Positions 1 to 8,129 of a DNA stretch of 13,302 nt are shown piece by piece (the first letter of the stretch is position 1; every line of letters starts with the position of its first letter). Made by a program: the position numbers and the translations under genes. The stretch spans positions 1-13,302 of the forward strand of contig CAZDNN010000122.1 in assembly GCA_964506385.1 (NCBI GenBank), in the 5' to 3' direction. The stretch is from an uncultured Planctomycetota bacterium (GTDB taxonomy: Bacteria; Planctomycetota; PUPC01; DSUN01). The notes beneath the pieces were generated by a model, which saw only the letters and a program-made list of their open reading frames with translations, was not told the DNA's origin and ran no database searches.

Positions 1-301
1 GGCCCGAAGACCCGCACGCAGTCCGAACGGACTTCTGCCACGGGCTGCTAGACGCTATGCTCGGAGGCGACACGGAATTGCGGAAACGGGCAAAGCCGCT
101 GCCGGAGAACTTCTTTCTGCCTCGCCCTCACCTCTCGGACGTGTCGTGAAGCGTGCCAATCGCCTGCGGCGGCTCGGCGGCACTTCAGCCGGCTGAATAG
201 TCACCCAGCCGCGAGGCGGGGAAGCTGTCATTGGCCACTGGCCGAAGTCGTGTACCCGGATCTGCTTCGGAAAGCGATCGACGACGAAGGGAAACGCCAC
301 C

Positions 302-3300
302 GTGCGATGCACAGCCACTGCGTTCATGCTGCTCGCCGCCGCCACCAGCGCCCCGGCCGAGACGCCGGCGCGAACGGTGGCCAAGGCCTGCCGGGCCCAC
401 GGACTCGCCGGCGGGTTGATCGTGCACCTCGGCTGCGGCGACGGCAAGGCGACGGCTACGCTCCGGCCGTCCGATCGTTTCCTCGTGCACGGCCTGGACG
501 CCGACGCGGCCATGGTCCGCGCCGCGCGCGAGCACCTGACCCAGCTCGGGCTGTACGGGCCGGTGTCCGTGGATGTCTGGACCGGCCCGCGCCTGCCGTA
601 TGCCGACAACTTGGTTAACCTGGTGGTGGTCTCTGGCGCGGGACGCGGTCCGTCACGGGAGGAGATCCTCCGTGTGCTCGCCCCGGGGGGCGTAGCGCTG
701 GTGGAGGGGCGGACGATCGTCAAGCCCCGGCCCGACGACGTGGACGACTGGACGCACTACTTCCACACGGCCAACGGCAACGCCGTCTCGACCGACCGCC
801 GCATCGCCCCGCTCACGCGCCTTCAGTGGGACGGTCCGCCTCGCTGGAGCCGCAGCCACGAGACCGACATGAGCCTCACCGCCGCCGTCGCGGCCGGTGG
901 GACGATCTTCCACACGCTGGACGAGGGCCCGATCGGCATCCACGAAACTCCCCTGACTACCCGACGCCTGCCCGACAAATGCTCCCTGGTGGCCCGCGAC
1001 GCGTACAACGGAATCGAGCTCTGGCGGCGCCCCCTGCCCGGCTGGGGCAGCGCCGCGTGGGACAACGCCCGCTGGCGGTTCGGCAAGAGAGACCAGATGT
1101 GGTCCTCGCCGCTGACCCTCCCCCGCCGGCTCGTCGCCCTGGGCGACCGCGTCTACATGACGATGGGGTTCCGTGCGCCCGTCTCCGAACTCGACGCCGT
1201 TACCGGCCTCACGATCCGCGAGTTCCCCGCGACCCGCGACACCGAGGAGCTCGTGGTCCACGACGGCATCCTCCTGGCCCGCGCAAGGCGCAAGAAAGGC
1301 GACGAAGCGGTCGTCGCCGTCGAGCTCGCCTCCGCCCGCGTCTTGTGGACCCGGCCTGCCGGCAAGGTGGACGACCTGACGCTGGCGGCCTCGGGCACGC
1401 GCGTGTGCTTCGTCAACGAGAAGGGTCTGATCGCGCTGGACCTGCGCACCGGGCGCGAACGGTGGCAGGTGAGCCTGGGGCAAAGGCCGAGACGCACGGC
1501 CCCCGCCTTCACGCTGATTCTCCGCGATGACGTGGTCCTGGTGGCCCGGCCGGGCTCGGTGCGGGCCATGGCCGCCGCCGACGGCAGGGGGCTGTGGACC
1601 GCGAAGACCAACGCGAGCTTCCGCGGCCCGCCCGACGTGTTCGTCGCCGGCGGGCTCGTCTGGGTCGGCACGCTCACCACTCGGGGCCTGGACCTGAAGA
1701 CAGGTCGGGTGAAGAAAGAGATCCGCCCGGGCTCGCTGTTCACCTCGGGCCATCACTCGCGGTGCCATCGTGCCCGCGCGACCGAGCAGTACCTGCTGTT
1801 CAGCAAGCGCGGGATCGAGTTCCTCGACCTCCGCGGCGACGAGCACATGCGGCACGACTGGGTCCGCGGCACTTGCCGCTACGGCATCATCCCGGCCAAC
1901 GGTCTGATCTACGCCCCGCCGCATTCGTGCTTCTGCTATCCCGGCGTGAAGCTCACCGGCTTCAATGCCCTGGCCCCTGCGCCGAAGACGCCGCCCAAGC
2001 CCGATTCGTCCCCGCGCCTCGAGAAAGGCCCCGCCTTCCACACGACCGATTCGCAATCGGCACTCCATAATCCGCCATCTGAAGACTGGCCCACCTATCG
2101 CCACGACAATGCCCGCAGCGGCTGCACCGGCGCCCCCGTGCCGGACAGGCTCAAGCCCCTCTGGCGGACCGTGCTCCGCGGGAAGGTCTCGCCTCCCGTC
2201 GTCGCCGATGGGCGCGTCTACGTCGCCGGCCTCGACACGCACGCCGTGCACTGCCTGACCGCCGACACCGGCAAGGCGGTGTGGACCTTCACCGCCGGCG
2301 GGGGCGTCGACTCGCCGCCCACCGTCTGCGGCGGGCGGGTCCTGTTCGGCTGCCGCGACGGGGCTGTGTACTGCCTCCGTGCCGCCGATGGCCGGCTGGC
2401 GTGGCGCTTCCGGGCGGCGCCGCGGGACAGGCGGATCGTGTCCTACGGCCGGGTGGAGTCGGCCTGGCCGGTGCATGGCAGCGTGCTGGTCGAAGGCGGC
2501 GTGGCGTACTTCGCGGCCGGGCGGTCTTCGTTCCTGGACGGCGGGTTGTACCTGTTCGGCCTGGATGTGGCCACCGGCGCGGTCCGGCACCAGGCCCGGC
2601 TGGTCGGCCCCGAGCCAGACCTGTCCAAGCCGAGCAACCGCGCGCACGACATGGACGGCTCGCGGAACGATATCCTGGTCGGCACGGGAGGCAAGCTGTA
2701 TCTGACGCAGAACGTGTTCGACCTGTCCCTCAAGCCCCTGCCCGCGCCGCGGATCGCCCGGTGGGGCGCGCGGAAGACCGACCTGCACCTGGTCGCCACC
2801 GGGGGGTTCCTCGACGACAGCATGTTCGACCGGATCTACTGGATGCACGCGCGCCGCTGGCCGGGGCTGTACGTGGCGGTCGCCACGTCCAAAGCGGGCC
2901 AGATCCTCGTGTTCGACGGGACCACGACGTACGGGCTGCACGTGTTCACCAGGAAGTTCAGCCGAAGCCCCTACTTCCAGCCGGCCTCGGGCGGGTATGA
3001 GCTCTTCGCCGACGACAACGACAACGAACCCGTGCTGCTCAAGGGCAATGCCGCCCGGGAGCGGGGCTCGATGACTCGTGCGGCCCCGCCCAGATGGAGC
3101 GTGCAGATTCCCGTGCGCGCCCGGGCGATGGTGCTCGCTCCCTCCGCGCCCGGCAAGGAGGCCGGGCGGGTCTTCCTGGCCGGCCCGCCCGACGCGATCG
3201 ATCCCGAGGACCCGCTGGCCGCCCTCGAGGGTCGGGCGGGGGCCCTGCTGTGGGCCGTCTCCTCCGCTGACGGATCGAAGAGGGCCGAGTACCGGCTGGC

Positions 3301-3391
3301 CTGCCCGCCCGTCTTCGACGGCCTGATCGCCGCGCGGGGCAAGCTCTTCCTCGCCACGGTCGACGGTGCGGTGAGTTGCTGGGGGCGCTGA
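302..3391 (+). CDS. Secreted multidomain protein with an N-terminal class I SAM-dependent methyltransferase-like domain and C-terminal PQQ/BamB-type beta-propeller repeats
   Basis: Complete 1029-aa ORF starting GTG at 302 (alternative in-frame ATG at 326), with a purine-rich stretch (GAAGGGAAA) upstream. The N-terminus MRCTATAFMLLAAATSAPA looks like a signal peptide. Residues about 30-140 carry the MTase motifs: motif I IVHLGCGDGK, post-I acidic VHGLDADAAMVRAA, motif II PYADNLVNLVVV, motif III LRVLAPGGVALV. The rest contains repeated PQQ-propeller blades, e.g. VVADGRVYVAGLDTHAVHCLTADTGKAVWTF, GGRVLFGCRDGAVYCLRAADGRLAWRF, GTRVCFVNEKGLIALDLRTGRERWQV and GGLVWVGTLTTRGLDLKTGR. Codon usage matches its neighbours. 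Confidence 0.75.
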   Translation: MRCTATAFMLLAAATSAPAETPARTVAKACRAHGLAGGLIVHLGCGDGKATATLRPSDRFLVHGLDADAAMVRAAREHLTQLGLYGPVSVDVWTGPRLPYADNLVNLVVVSGAGRGPSREEILRVLAPGGVALVEGRTIVKPRPDDVDDWTHYFHTANGNAVSTDRRIAPLTRLQWDGPPRWSRSHETDMSLTAAVAAGGTIFHTLDEGPIGIHETPLTTRRLPDKCSLVARDAYNGIELWRRPLPGWGSAAWDNARWRFGKRDQMWSSPLTLPRRLVALGDRVYMTMGFRAPVSELDAVTGLTIREFPATRDTEELVVHDGILLARARRKKGDEAVVAVELASARVLWTRPAGKVDDLTLAASGTRVCFVNEKGLIALDLRTGRERWQVSLGQRPRRTAPAFTLILRDDVVLVARPGSVRAMAAADGRGLWTAKTNASFRGPPDVFVAGGLVWVGTLTTRGLDLKTGRVKKEIRPGSLFTSGHHSRCHRARATEQYLLFSKRGIEFLDLRGDEHMRHDWVRGTCRYGIIPANGLIYAPPHSCFCYPGVKLTGFNALAPAPKTPPKPDSSPRLEKGPAFHTTDSQSALHNPPSEDWPTYRHDNARSGCTGAPVPDRLKPLWRTVLRGKVSPPVVADGRVYVAGLDTHAVHCLTADTGKAVWTFTAGGGVDSPPTVCGGRVLFGCRDGAVYCLRAADGRLAWRFRAAPRDRRIVSYGRVESAWPVHGSVLVEGGVAYFAAGRSSFLDGGLYLFGLDVATGAVRHQARLVGPEPDLSKPSNRAHDMDGSRNDILVGTGGKLYLTQNVFDLSLKPLPAPRIARWGARKTDLHLVATGGFLDDSMFDRIYWMHARRWPGLYVAVATSKAGQILVFDGTTTYGLHVFTRKFSRSPYFQPASGGYELFADDNDNEPVLLKGNAARERGSMTRAAPPRWSVQIPVRARAMVLAPSAPGKEAGRVFLAGPPDAIDPEDPLAALEGRAGALLWAVSSADGSKRAEYRLACPPVFDGLIAARGKLFLATVDGAVSCWGR

Positions 3392-3401
3392 CCGCCCTCC
3401 A

Positions 3402-3428
3402 CGGGCCTGTTCATGCGTGAGAGGCCCG
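3402..3428 (+). terminator. Weak candidate hairpin after gene 1
   Basis: CGGGCCT (3402-3408) / AGGCCCG (3422-3428), a 7-bp stem with a 13-nt loop, 11 nt after the TGA stop at 3389-3391. No U-tract. Confidence 0.2.
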
Positions 3429-3436
3429 CATGCCGC

Positions 3437-3524
3437 CCCATAGCAAGGCGGCCACGAGCCCGGGACCAAGGAGGTGCGCCCGTGACCGCCTATACCGGCG
3501 GCGCTTGCGCCATAGCAAGCGGCC
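3437..3524 (+). repeat. Direct repeat pair (CCATAGCAAG[G]CGGCC) in the gene1–pspA intergenic region
   Basis: GCCCCATAGCAAGGCGGCCACGAGCC at 3434-3460 and GCGCCATAGCAAG-CGGCCTCGCCGCC at 3507-3531. The shared 10-mer CCATAGCAAG plus CGGCC is separated by about 70 bp. It may be a regulator-binding site pair or chance. Confidence 0.3.
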
Positions 3525-3615
3525 TCGCCGCCGGCTATCCCGTGCCTCTGCTGCACGGCTGTCGCCTGTCTGGCGGGCAGTTACGGCGTCTCGTGAGAAT
3601 CTGTCGGGAATCCAG

Positions 3616-3643
3616 TTGATTCCTGGCCCGCGGGGGCTAGAAT
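3616..3643 (+). promoter_or_regulatory. Candidate sigma70-like promoter upstream of the pspA–nfeD–flotillin operon
   Basis: TTGATT (3616-3621), 16-nt spacer, TAGAAT (3638-3643). It sits about 300 nt upstream of the pspA ATG and implies a long leader. No sigma54 -24/-12 (TGGCAC-N5-TTGC) element was seen by eye in 3392-3945. Confidence 0.3.
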
Positions 3644-3945
3644 TGAGGGCGCGAGGAGGCGAGGGCAAGAAGCTCGCTAACAGTCCCCGCCCCCCGATCA
3701 CCAGGGGGACGAGAGGCCGCTTGCGCGGCACGCGCCCGCCCCCGCTCTTTGGACAAAGGAGAGATCGATCTGCGGTCGGCCGCCACGCACTCGACGGCTG
3801 GCCGCCTGCCACGGTGCTGTGTGGGAGCGCAGCCGGACCCGTGGTGCCTTCTGGGAGAGTGCACAGCCCCGGCTAGCGCCGAGTGGTCTGCACGGGTGAT
3901 CCCGGGATTAGCCTCTCGGGAGCCTTGGAACAAAGGAGAAGGACA

Positions 3946-4656
3946 ATGGTCGGCTTCCTGAAGCGCGTCCAGCGCCTGACGATGGCCAAGATCAACGCAT
4001 TCCTGGACGGTGCGGAGAACCCCGAAGAGGTGTTCCCGCAGCTCGTCAAGGAGATGCGGGATGAATGCAAGAAGGCGATCGACGCCGAGGCAACCGCGGT
4101 GGCGGCCCTGAAGCGTCGGCAGGCTGAGTACGATGAGACGGCAGCCGAAGTCGAGAAGTGGGGGCAGCGGGCCGAGCTCGCCGTGAAGGACGGCGACGAC
4201 GATCTGGCTCGCACCGCCCTCGAGAGCCAGATCGCGGCCGAGCGCAAGCTCGAGGCCCAGGGGCAGGCGCTCGAGACCGCGAGGGTCGCAGCCGACCGGG
4301 CCCGCCAGGCCCGCGAAGATCTCCACGCCAAGCTCGAAGAGCTGGAACGCAAGCGCGACGAGATCCTGGCCCGCGCCCGCGCGGCGAAGAGCCAGGAAGA
4401 GGTCCAGCGCGTCCTCGCCGGCGTCGAGGGCGGCGCGGGTGCCAGCATCCTCGATGCCGTGGCCCGCATGGAGGACCAGGTCGCCGCGTCCGAGGCCCGC
4501 GCCGGCGCCTACGGCGAAGTGGCCGCCGACATGTCCGGCAGCGACACCGAAACCAGGTTCCGCGAGCTCGAGCGCAGGCAGTCCGTGGACGAGCGCCTCG
4601 CGGCACTCAAGAAGAAGGTGGGCGGGGGCGACGAGCCCGCCGCCGGCGACGCGTGA
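3946..4656 (+). CDS. pspA: PspA/IM30 (phage-shock protein A / Vipp1) family protein
   Basis: ATG at 3946 sits 4 nt after a strong ribosome-binding site (AAAGGAGAAGG, 3932-3942). The N-terminus MVGFLKRVQRLTMAKINAFLDGAENPEEVFPQLVKEMRDE matches the conserved PspA/IM30 N-terminal amphipathic helix and first coiled-coil pattern (cf. [27 protein letters not shown]...). The rest is an A/E/R/Q-rich coiled coil ending in a short acidic tail. The 257-aa track ORF (3883..) is the same frame with an unsupported upstream extension. Confidence 0.85.
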   Translation: MVGFLKRVQRLTMAKINAFLDGAENPEEVFPQLVKEMRDECKKAIDAEATAVAALKRRQAEYDETAAEVEKWGQRAELAVKDGDDDLARTALESQIAAERKLEAQGQALETARVAADRARQAREDLHAKLEELERKRDEILARARAAKSQEEVQRVLAGVEGGAGASILDAVARMEDQVAASEARAGAYGEVAADMSGSDTETRFRELERRQSVDERLAALKKKVGGGDEPAAGDA

Positions 4657-4728
4657 TGCCGCGGCCGACCGCGCTCGGCTCGCCACCTTCCTCTTCTTCC
4701 CGCCGCCGCGCGGGTGAGGGATGGACCC

Positions 4729-5544
4729 ATGCCTGAGATCCTTCAGTGGTGGAATCTGGTCTACGTCCTCTCCTTCGGCCTCGCGCTGCTGTATGCCGCC
4801 CTGATCTCCATCGGCCTGGTGAGCAGCAGCGCGGACATCGATGCTGACGTGGATGCCGACGTGGACGTTGACGCGGACATAGACGTTGACGCCGACGTGG
4901 ATCTGGACGTTGACGCCGACATCGGCGCCGACGTGGACGTTGACGCCGACGTCGATGCGGATCTGGGCGCGGATGTTGACGCCGATGCCGACGCGGAGGT
5001 GGGCCATGGAGCGGACGCAATTGCGGCGCACTACGAGCCGAGTCTGCTCGACGAGGCCCTCTCGTTCCTCGGCGTCGGCCGCGTGCCCCTGTCAATCCTG
5101 ATGATGACGTTCCTGACGGTGTTCTCGCTCGTCGGCTGGTTCGTGAACACGGCGCTGACGCCGGTGCTGACGGCGGGGGGCCACCTGTTCCTGGCATCGC
5201 TGCCGGCGGCGCTGGTGTGTGGCGTGCTGGCGACGAAGCTGCTGGTCCGGACGCTGGGCCGGTGGCTCAAGCCGATCGAGACGGCGGCGGTGCGGCGCTC
5301 GAATCTCGTCGGGCGCATCGCCGTCGCCTCTCTGCCAGTGACCGACCAGTTCGGCCAGGCGCTCGCCTACGACCAGTACGGCACGCAGCACAAGGTCGTG
5401 TGCAAGGTCGCCGAGGGCGCCGAGACCATTCCCAAGGGCCGGAGCATCCTGCTCGTGCGCTTCGTGCGCACCACACGGCCCGGCCGCAGGCAATCGGGCT
5501 ACTACCTTGTCGAGCCCTATGACGTCCCACGCGAGGGCTCCTGA
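4729..5544 (+). CDS. NfeD/YqiJ-like (DUF1449-type) membrane protein with a C-terminal OB-fold and an internal (Asp-X)n acidic repeat
   Basis: ATG at 4729 is preceded by GAGGGA (4717-4722). An in-frame GTG at 4714 is an alternative start. Domain order: TM helix ([22 protein letters not shown]), acidic repeat, two or three more hydrophobic helices ([19 protein letters not shown]..., [21 protein letters not shown]), then the typical NfeD C-terminal beta-rich OB-fold ([12 protein letters not shown]...[37 protein letters not shown]). It lies 17 bp upstream of the flotillin gene, matching the conserved NfeD–SPFH gene pairing (yqiJ–yqiK, yuaF–floT). Confidence 0.7.
   Translation: MPEILQWWNLVYVLSFGLALLYAALISIGLVSSSADIDADVDADVDVDADIDVDADVDLDVDADIGADVDVDADVDADLGADVDADADAEVGHGADAIAAHYEPSLLDEALSFLGVGRVPLSILMMTFLTVFSLVGWFVNTALTPVLTAGGHLFLASLPAALVCGVLATKLLVRTLGRWLKPIETAAVRRSNLVGRIAVASLPVTDQFGQALAYDQYGTQHKVVCKVAEGAETIPKGRSILLVRFVRTTRPGRRQSGYYLVEPYDVPREGS
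4834..4998 (+). repeat. In-frame 12-nt tandem repeat (consensus GACGTTGACGCC) encoding about 25 Asp-X units (D[VIAL]D[AV]...)
   Basis: Directly visible: gac atc gat gct gac gtg gat gcc gac gtg gac gtt gac gcg ... gat gcc gac gcg gag. This translates to [55 protein letters not shown]. The mirror pattern (HVGVNV...) in the reverse shadow ORF 3637..5031 is the same repeat read antisense. Confidence 0.9.
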
Positions 5545-5561
5545 AACGGAAGGAGGGTTGG

Positions 5562-7532
5562 ATGATTGTCTTCCTTGTGATCCTGATAGGTGTCCTGCTC
5601 ATCGGGGCAGGCGTCGCGTTTCATGGCTCGATAGGGGTGGTATCGGCGGTGCTGGTCGCCGGTTTCGGGGGCCTCGTGTTCATCTTTGGGGTCGCGCTCG
5701 CCGTCATCACCAAGCTCTATGTGAAGACGACGGCGAACGAGGCCTTCGTGCGGACGGGCTGGGGGAAGGCAAAGGTGGTGCTCGACGGTGGCGCCTTCGT
5801 CGTGCCCATCATCCACAAGCTCGTGCCCGTGTCGCTGGAGACGATGCGGCTGAACGTCATCCGCCGCGGCGAGGAGGCGCTGATCACCGGCGACAACCTG
5901 CGGGTGGACATCGCCGCGGAGTTCTACATCAAGGTCCAGCCCGAGCTCAACGACATCCTTAACGCCGCCCGCTCCCTCGGCGAGCGCTCGGTGAGCGAGG
6001 GCAGCATCCGCGAGCTGGTCATGGAGAAGCTCATCTCCGCGCTCCGCACCGTCGCCGCCACACGGAGCCTGGTCGAGCTCCACACCAAGCGAGACGAGTT
6101 CGCCGCCGCCGTCCAGCAGATCGTGACCCAGGACCTCCAGGAGAACGGCCTGACCCTCGAGTCCGTCACCATCTCCAGCCTTGACCAGACGCCTGTGGAC
6201 CTGCTTAAGGACGACAACATCTTCGACGCGCAGGGCAAGCGGCGGATCACGGAGATCACCCAGGTCCAGCTCGTCCAGCGCAACGAGATCGAGCGGAACG
6301 CCCAGCGCGACATCCGCGACAAGGATGTGAGCACGCGCAAGCAGATCCTCGACCTCGACAAGGACCGCGAGTTCGCCGAGGCCACCCAGGCCCGCGACGT
6401 GGCCAACGTCCAGGCCGAGCGCAAGCGCGAGACCCAGGAGTTCGCCATCCAGCAGGCCCGCGAGGTCGAGCTGGCCGAGGTCGCCAAGGAGCTTGCGGTC
6501 CAGCAGGCCGACATCTCCAAGCAGCGGGACCTCGCGGTGGCCCAGGCCCAGCGCGAGGAGGCCGAGCGGCTCGCCCAGATCGCCCGCGACAAGGCCCAGC
6601 AGGAGGCCGACGTGGCTCGCGAGCAGGCCGTCGAGGTCGCCCGACGCCAGGCCGAGGTCGCAGTGGCCAACGAGGAGACCCGCAGGGCGCAGGCCCAGGC
6701 CGAGACCCGCGCCGCCGAGGCCAAGCGCCAGGAGGAGACCGAGCGGATCGAGACCGTCCGGGTCACCGCCGAGGCCGACCGCCGCGCCCAGCAGAAGATG
6801 ATCACCGAGAAGCAGCAGGTGGACATCAAGCAGTACGAGGACCAGGTCGAGGCCGACGTCAAGGCCTACACCGCCGTCAAGGTCGCCGAGGGTGACCTCG
6901 AGGCCGCAGACAAGCAGAAGCAGGCCATGCTCATACTCGCCGAGGGCGAGGCCCAGTCCAACAAGCTCCGCGCCGAGGGCCAGCGGGCCATCGAGATGGT
7001 CCCCGTCCAGATCGAGCGCGAGAAGGTCAACGTCGAGGCCGCAAGGGTCGAGGTCCGACGCCAGGACCTCGAAAACCAGGAGCGGTTCTCCGAGGCCGCC
7101 CTCGACTTCGAGCTCAAGAAGGAGCAGATCGCAGCCAACCGCGACGTCCAGATCGAGATGGCCAAGGCCATCGCCACCATGCTCCAGAGCGCCGACATGC
7201 ACCTCTTCGGCGACCCAAGCACCGTGGCCACCATGACCCAGCAGTTCCTCCGCAGCGTCGGCTGGGGCCTCAGTGTCAAGGGCCTCGTGGACAGCACGCC
7301 GGAGGACGTCCGCCAGACCGCCACGCAGATGGTCCGGGGCACGGGCGAGGCCCTTCGCGACGTCGTCAGCCGCTTCACCGGCGGCAAGGTCGCCCTCGCC
7401 CCCGAGGCCCTCGAGCAGATCGTCTCCGACGCCATCATCCGCGCCCACCAGCGCACCGACGAGGCAGAGGCGGAGCCGCCCACCGAGGAGCCCGAGCCGC
7501 AGGAAGAGACTGAAGAGGAGGAGGAAAGCTAG
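5562..7532 (+). CDS. Flotillin-family SPFH (band-7) domain protein (YqiK/FloT-like)
   Basis: ATG at 5562 follows the ribosome-binding site GGAAGGAGGG (5548-5557). The N-terminal membrane anchor is MIVFLVILIGVLLIGAGVAFHGS...VFIFGVALAVI. The SPFH core (FVRTGWGKAKVVLDGGAFVVPIIHKLVPVSLETMRLNV...GDNLRVDIAAEFYIKV) closely matches the FloT/YqiK pattern. A very long E/A/Q/R-rich 'flotillin' coiled coil follows, ending in an acidic tail (EAEAEPPTEEPEPQEETEEEEES). The ORF is 656 aa. Confidence 0.9.
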   Translation: MIVFLVILIGVLLIGAGVAFHGSIGVVSAVLVAGFGGLVFIFGVALAVITKLYVKTTANEAFVRTGWGKAKVVLDGGAFVVPIIHKLVPVSLETMRLNVIRRGEEALITGDNLRVDIAAEFYIKVQPELNDILNAARSLGERSVSEGSIRELVMEKLISALRTVAATRSLVELHTKRDEFAAAVQQIVTQDLQENGLTLESVTISSLDQTPVDLLKDDNIFDAQGKRRITEITQVQLVQRNEIERNAQRDIRDKDVSTRKQILDLDKDREFAEATQARDVANVQAERKRETQEFAIQQAREVELAEVAKELAVQQADISKQRDLAVAQAQREEAERLAQIARDKAQQEADVAREQAVEVARRQAEVAVANEETRRAQAQAETRAAEAKRQEETERIETVRVTAEADRRAQQKMITEKQQVDIKQYEDQVEADVKAYTAVKVAEGDLEAADKQKQAMLILAEGEAQSNKLRAEGQRAIEMVPVQIEREKVNVEAARVEVRRQDLENQERFSEAALDFELKKEQIAANRDVQIEMAKAIATMLQSADMHLFGDPSTVATMTQQFLRSVGWGLSVKGLVDSTPEDVRQTATQMVRGTGEALRDVVSRFTGGKVALAPEALEQIVSDAIIRAHQRTDEAEAEPPTEEPEPQEETEEEEES

Positions 7533-7560
7533 ACCGCCCGCATCCCGGGCACATCATCGA

Positions 7561-7594
7561 GGGGCGAGCGGGTCCACCCGGCCCGCTCGCCCCG
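7561..7594 (+). terminator. Candidate intrinsic terminator/RNA hairpin after the flotillin gene
   Basis: Perfect 12-bp GC-rich inverted repeat GGGGCGAGCGGG (7561-7572) / CCCGCTCGCCCC (7582-7593) around a 9-nt loop, starting 29 nt after the TAG stop (7530-7532). No U-tract follows, which is common in high-GC genomes but lowers confidence. Confidence 0.45.
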
Positions 7595-8129
7595 ACCGCG
7601 CGCCCGGGCATCGACCGGGCGCGCAACGTGCCAAGGACGTCCTGCCCAGGCATCAGCATATCCAGCCAGTCGATGACCCTGTCCCAGACGCTTCGCGATC
7701 AGTCTCGCCCCGAAGTGGCCGCGGCGGGCTTCGCCCGACGCCGCTGGAGCGCCTGCCCCACGAGAGCTTCATTGCTTTTGACGGGAGGCGTCTGCCCTGG
7801 GGACCGTCGCGCTTGCGCTGCCGCCGCTGTGGCCTGCGGCCAGCGTTCTGCGAAGGTGATGTCATCGTCGGACGGCTGCCCCTGCGGCTGGCGAGACCCC
7901 TCGCCTTCGCTGTGCTGCGGCTCGGCCGGACAGTTGAGGACGCGAGATGCCGGGCCTTGCTCCTGCCCTGCTGCGCTCTGCGGGCCGCGTCGGGGAGTCT
8001 CCCAGTCGGCGGGGAAGGGAGGGGGGCGGTCAAGAACAATCGATCTCATGGTCAGGGAAGGAACCGAGTCCAGAATAGAGCAACACCGGCACTCCGCGGG
8101 GGATGCACGCCTCCCTCGAAGAGCGTGAT

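Noticed and set aside
653-3556. 967-aa reverse-strand ORF, plus 55..723(-), 185..535(-), 250..618(+), 826..1530(+) and other ORFs overlapping gene 1
   Set aside because: These are high-GC shadow frames. The translations are Arg/Gly/Pro/Ala-rich low-complexity sequence with no recognisable fold motifs, while the + frame has coherent MTase and propeller motifs.
4657-4713. Weak hairpin GCCGA-ccgcgc-TCGGC after the pspA stop
   Set aside because: It has only a 5-bp stem. The next gene starts about 60 bp later with its own ribosome-binding site, so an operon is more likely than termination here.
4834-4998. CRISPR array or minisatellite in non-coding DNA
   Set aside because: The period is only 12 nt with no spacer-length unique inserts. 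The repeat is exactly in frame within a protein flanked by TM helices.
3637-5031. 464-aa reverse-strand ORF spanning pspA and the NfeD repeat (contains HVGVNV... repeats)
   Set aside because: It is the antisense of two well-supported + strand genes. Its repeat is simply the reverse complement of the (DVDA)n coding repeat.
5517-7448. 643-aa and 312-aa reverse-strand ORFs (5924..6862) and the + ORFs 6493..6801 / 6892..7236 inside the flotillin gene
   Set aside because: These are shadow ORFs of the flotillin coiled-coil region (the Leu/Gly/Asp-rich antisense of an E/A/Q/R-rich sense frame), with no ribosome-binding site or motifs.
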